Shown here: piece by piece, positions 58,531-64,000 of the stretch
How the letters are laid out: every line of letters starts with the position of its first letter
Numbering within the stretch: position 1 is the first letter of the stretch
Assembly (NCBI GenBank): GCA_951406725.2
Contig: OX597820.1
Coordinates: forward strand, 49,104,001 to 49,168,000
Reading direction: 5' to 3'
Length of the DNA stretch: 64,000 bases
Source of the DNA: Octopus vulgaris
Lineage: Eukaryota
Made by a program: the position numbers and the translations under genes
Notes under the pieces: model-generated
What the model saw: only the letters and a program-made list of their open reading frames with translations
Database searches by the model: none
Told to the model about the DNA's origin: nothing

Positions 58531-60198
58531 ATCTAGTTCTCACTGTTCACATTCTCTATAATAGTGGTCCCTGCTTTCTCACCTGAGCTCATCTACAACC
58601 GTTTCATTAATATGTGCAGTTTTTTATCGACTCTTACACAATCTACATCTCAACACATGCAAAGCCTCTTCAAACAATTTTCAACAATCTCTCCTTTCTT
58701 AAAAAAACTATTTTTCCCTAATCTCCTTTTGATTCTGCCATCTATTATCTTATGTATTATCCGCTTTCTTGTCCGTATAATTAACAGCGCTGCATCTATA
58801 TGTGTTTTATATCTATATATATATGTGTGTGTGTTTTCTTGTGTCTTTTAAAACAGAAATACAGTTATATATCTGTATGTTCTTTAGTATTTTTAAACAG
58901 AAATAGACATGTGCGCATTTTTATAGAATCATTTACGTTTACACATGAGTGTATACGCATTGGCTCCGAAGTCTGTGAGTGCATGTATGCATTAGTATAT
59001 GTCTATGTGTGAACATAGGAAACGACTATTTATCTGAGATTCAGACTGGATTGACGTGCAGGAATATATGTGCATGCGTGTATCTAAATATAGGTGTTTG
59101 CGCATGCGCGTTTATATCTCAGTAATTACAGTGAATGCGTACAGTAGCATACATGTGAATGTAGGTAAATATTCTACTTGTACACAAGTACATATATCCC
59201 ACTTCACTTCCACGAAAGTTTTTAGTGCAGTGTTTGTGTACTACAATCAAAAGTCATTAACGGTATTTCTAAGTATATTTCCCTAGATCTACATGCGTAA
59301 ATGCGTACTATAACTACATCTGCGGAATACATGTAAATATGCATGTGTGAGTTAGTATGTTATATCTATTGTTGAAATGGGGCACTACAACAAAATAACC
59401 ACAAAACATCATTAACGTGTGCAATAAAGGCACACACAAAAATTCAACGGTATCAATAATGTCAACAGAAACAAGAACAATAATCATATAACCACCAAGA
59501 AGATTAAAGATATAGCTTCACAAATATCTATACCAAAAATACAAAATCAGAAATACTAAGAGAAGTGTAAATGCGAAAGAAAACAACACCAACAACTACA
59601 AGTATTAAATCAAAAAACGATATTTGCATATACTTAGCTACAGCCATTTTAATATGTACATATATACGCTTGTGTGATTTTACGAATGTATTTGTTTGTA
59701 AAGTGTTCGTTCTATCAATCTATCTCTCTTTGTCTTTATTTATATCTTTCTGACTTCCTTCCTCTTTTTCGGCTTATCTAGCTATCGATCTATTTATATA
59801 TCCGTATATCATTTGTATTATTTTTATGTGCATTTTCTGTTTGCATTGAGGTTAATGTGAGAATACATACTGTCTTGTCTGTGTGTGTATATGCGTGTTA
59901 GAGTATCAGTGAACATGCATTTAGTCGGGAATCTTCTTGTATAACTTTGTTGTTTGATGAGGTGTTTATAATATAGTGATGTGCATATAATTACAGTTGA
60001 TATATAAGTAATTGCTTCTATAATTGGCTGAAAATAAGTAACTGCCTGTTTGTTGCTTGTGGATGTTTGCCTGTTCGTACAGACAACAGGTATACATGTA
60101 CTTTTGTCAGCTTACAAAGCATACATACTTACATACACATATACATACATACAAACATACATGCATACATACATACATACATATACATATACATATAC

Positions 60199-60281
<83 letters not shown>

Positions 60282-60809
60282 TGATATATTTTGGTTGTGT
60301 GTGCGCGTGTTCATGTATGAGCATTTATATACACTCGCACACAAATTTATGCAAGCATTTACACATTTATACACTGATGCACAAAATTTAAGATGCGTAC
60401 ACATATTTTATTTTTTTGCATATTATTAGATTTAAGCGTACGGTTTTCTATGTTTGTCTTGTTAATGCCATTTGGGATTTTAAAGCGAGTTTTTAGCCAA
60501 TTCCTCGTAGATAATGATAAGCATATCAAGCTGGCGTGAAATCTTCAAACTACATCGCCGATATCAATACATATCTTCGATAATATTAGCATTACTGCTT
60601 CACATTCTCATATACTTAGGCGCACACACATGAACACACACACACACGTACGCACAAAGGCACAAACGCACATACACACACATGTGTGTGTTAGATGTAT
60701 GCATGAATATATATTTATATATAATATATATGTTCGATATATATATATGTATATATGTATGTAACATATGGATCATTGGCGATTTTTCTAATAACTGTGT
60801 GTGTTATTA

Positions 60810-60865
<56 letters not shown>

Positions 60866-60898
60866 ACAAATAACACACACACACACGCACATATATAT

Positions 60899-61503
60899 TT
60901 ATTTTTATTACGACCTCAAGGGTCAAACACAGAGGGGACAGCACAAGAACAGACACAACACCACAGCGCTGACAAAAACATAAAACGAATGAAAAAGGAG
61001 AAAAATGTTATATAAAAATGAAAAATGAAATGTCGTCAAAAATGCCCACTCTTTCGTCTTTATGGTTTAAGTGGAGTGCTTTATCGCTTCGTCTTCGGTT
61101 GCGAATCACGCCTCCACAGTGCCACACTTCCTACTTCTTGTTATGAAAGTGGTGAATTTTTCACTTCGCTAAGGCACTACTCAATATCTTCGATAGTTGC
61201 TATTTCTATCGTTCGTGATGAAACTTTCAGTGTTTTATACGCACTGTTCTCTTCTATACTCCGTTCGCTAGTTCGTCTGGTGGCGTCAATTTTAGGTTAT
61301 GGCCTTCATTTTCTAGTAGCTTCCCACACACTTTCAGCTTTTTCGGTTCTGTTTTTACGTTGCAAACCTCCAAAGCGTCCAAGTCCACTCCTCTGCCAGT
61401 TGCTGCTGCATAAGTGTGGCCTTTTGCTAGTCCAACTTCCATTTCTCTTCTCTTCTCAGGTTCTCCCATAAGTAAGAAGAAAAACACAAATCAACAAACT
61501 CGT
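60899..61503 (-). mobile_element. short LINE-derived element: ORF1-like start joined to a 3' tail shared with SINE A
   Basis: MGEPEKRREM..TYAAATG, then stops. Ends GTCTGTTCTTGTGCTGTCCCCTCTGTGTTTGACCCTTGAGG..AATAAA. Flanked by TA. Confidence 0.5.
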
Positions 61504-61659
61504 AATATATATATATATATATATCTATATATCATACATATATTGCATATGTGTATTCATTATCGAGTGTTAGGATTCATAAGGCCGATTTCCTGGTTTC
61601 CAAGATGTATCTGATACCGAAATCCCAACGAAACGCTGTAAGATTCAAGGACAACAGCT

Positions 61660-61845
61660 TTGAGGAAAGGGGACAAGAGTATTACTGTCAGTTCACTACT
61701 TGGCTGTTATACTATATTATGGACCCCTGAAGAGATACAAAGCAACGTTGGCGTCGGTGTGATTTGAGCTCAGAACTTAAAGATCCAGAAGAAAAGTGTT
61801 TATGCATTAGGTCCAACATGGTAACGATGTGCCAGCTCGCCTTCT
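61660..61845 (-). mobile_element. SINE family A, old copy
   Basis: Plus strand shows TGCCAGCTCGCCTTCTT and GATTTGAGCTCAGAAC. Confidence 0.7.
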
Positions 61846-61920
61846 TATATCACACACACACACATACTCACACTCACGCATGAACACACATATACATACA
61901 TACATACATACATACATACA

Positions 61921-61966
<46 letters not shown>

Positions 61967-61994
61967 CATACTCCCCCACCCAAGATATATATAT

Positions 61995-62113
61995 TTAATC
62001 CCAAAAGACGAAAAAAAACTCATAGGAAAAAAAGAAAAATAGTTTTGCGTTTCGCGCAAAGCTCTTCTCCGGAATCAGGAAACAGAGGAAAAAATCGCCA
62101 ACGAACCACATAT
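61995..62113 (-). mobile_element. family H2 copy with decayed HHR (62042-62075)
   Basis: CGTTGGCGATTTTTTCCTCTGTTTCCTGATTCCGGAGAAGAGCTTTGCGCGAAACGCAAAAC. Confidence 0.6.
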
Positions 62114-62145
62114 TGTTACATTCATATACACACACACATACACAC

Positions 62146-62228
<83 letters not shown>

Positions 62229-63498
62229 CGAGGGGCGTTCAATAAGTAATGCCCCTGACCCACTTTCCATAGCAGTAGAGCAACGACACTTGGCGCAGTT
62301 ATTAGTATTTTCCTACATAGAAACTACCCAGAGTTATGCATTTCTCCCATCGTTTGATACAGCTCTGGAAACCGTTTTTGTAGAAAATCCCAGCTTGGTC
62401 CTCCAACCACGACGTGAGTTCAGAAATCAAGGCTGCATCATCTGGGAGACGCGTTCCTTTCAAAATCAACTTCATGGCTGGGAAGAGGTGGAAATCAGAG
62501 GGTGCAAGGGGAGGAGTTCATAGCTGCACGCCTGTGCTTCTGATCTGGCGACACGCGAGTTGTGGACCGGAGCGTTGTCCTGCAGGAGGAGGATGCCTTT
62601 GCTGATCTTGCCCCGCCTCTTGATTTTGATAGCTTCTCTTAATTTCCTCAAAAGTGAAGCATAATAGGCTCCTGTAATTGTGGTACCCTTTGCCAGGAAA
62701 TCTGTCATCACTACTCCGTCCTGGTCCCAGAAGACTGTGAGCATAACCTTGTCAGCGGAGGGCTGCACCCTTGCCTTCTTTGGAGGAGGTGAGTCACGGT
62801 GCTTTCACTGCATTGACTGAGCTTTGGTCTATGGATCATAGTGATGGACCCAGGTTTTATCCTGTGTGATCAGTCTTTTGAAAAAGTTTGACTCATCTTC
62901 TTGGCACATCTCCAAATTCATCCTCGAGCACTCAACGCGTTCTTGCTTCTGGAAAGGTGTGAGCAACCTGGAAATCCATCTGGCAGACACCTTTTGCATA
63001 TGCAAATGGTCATGAATGATAGTTTCCACAGACCCGGTACTAATCTTGACCTTATGGGCTATTTGGCGAATAGTTATGCGTTGGCCTTCCAAAATGGCAG
63101 CCTCAACTTGACGGACAGACGTCTCATCAATGGCAGAAGGGGCCGACCAGATCTGGGAGCTGTTTCCACAGAGTTCCGACTATGTTTGAATTCACAATGC
63201 CAGCGTTTTACAAGATCATATGATGGGGCATCATCACCATAAGTTACTTTCATTTCATCAAAAGTCTCCCGTGGTGTGCGTCCTTTCAAATACAAAAACC
63301 AGATCACTGCTCGACACTCAACAGGCTCCATTTCACACTTGACTCAGTTCAAACACCTGTAAATCAGAAACCACAATTAGTTCAGAGCTGTAATTCACCA
63401 CTTAATCTATAGAGGTATAAAGAAGTGCACATGCAAACTTTCAGCTAGATCAAACAACTGCAAGTGGGTCAGGGGCATTACTTATTTAACGCCCCTCA
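62229..63498 (-). mobile_element. near full-length mariner transposon (about 1.27 kb)
   Basis: TIRs CGAGGGGCGTTCAATAAGTAATGCCCCTGACCCACTT and AAGTGGGTCAGGGGCATTACTTATTTAACGCCCCTCA, with TA on both sides. Confidence 0.97.
62300..63331 (-). pseudogene. mariner transposase, frameshifted
   Basis: MEPVECRAVIWFL..PRSGRP, KVSARWISRLL, ITQDKTWVHHYDP, KVMLTVFWD, LLQDNAPVH and LAPSDFHLF. HPPYSPD is deleted. Confidence 0.95.
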
Positions 63499-64000
63499 TA
63501 CATATACATATACGTATATCAATCACATGCTACCTGAAGGTCGAAATACACCAGTGATCTTAAGGGGTAATCATTCCTGTAGAGCCGTCTGGAGAAGTTA
63601 GGGAAATTTGATATACTTTTGGAAAAGATGATAAAGGGCAACTAGCTCGGTAATCTGAGCTTAGTCAGAAGATACCTAGATTATATCAAAAAAATCCGAT
63701 GATGAATTTCGGGCCCAATACATTTCCTTAAAATAAATTAGTACTTTCCTAGCTGTCAGGATGATGTCAATGACAAACCGAATGATAAGTGTATACATAG
63801 CCTTGGCGAGAAAATGCCTGGCAAAAAAGAAAAAAGTACATAGCAAAGAGATATATATGAGCAAACAAGCAGTCAGTGTTACATGGATACGTGCACAAAA
63901 ACAGAAACAGGATATATAATCAGTTTGAGACCGTGGTATAGAAAAAACAAAAAAAAACATGCATACACACAATTACCACCACTTACTACACAATATTGAT

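Overview
This is AT-rich eukaryotic DNA saturated with (TA)n, (CA)n, (TACA)n and (TAGA)n microsatellites. The two dominant tRNA-derived SINE families and the overall texture suggest an octopus-like (coleoid cephalopod) genome, which is an inference from recognition. I found no host protein-coding exon, and nearly all listed ORFs are microsatellite artefacts. The recognisable content is transposon-derived: a near full-length mariner and several mariner/pogo remnants, a 5'-truncated CR1-like LINE, decayed RTE and CR1 remnants, three Helitrons with defined ends plus helicase remnants, and Penelope-like element (PLE) pieces (RT, GIY-YIG). The main unexplained signal is a set of short non-coding elements sitting in (TA)n tracts. 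Many fold back on themselves as long inverted repeats and several carry type I hammerhead-ribozyme (HHR) folds. One family has a swapped G3:C8 core in all four arms. One PLE has a 3' region reading stop codon, tRNA-like Pol III unit, (AAT)n, then an HHR remnant. Identities are estimated by eye and boundaries of decayed elements are approximate.
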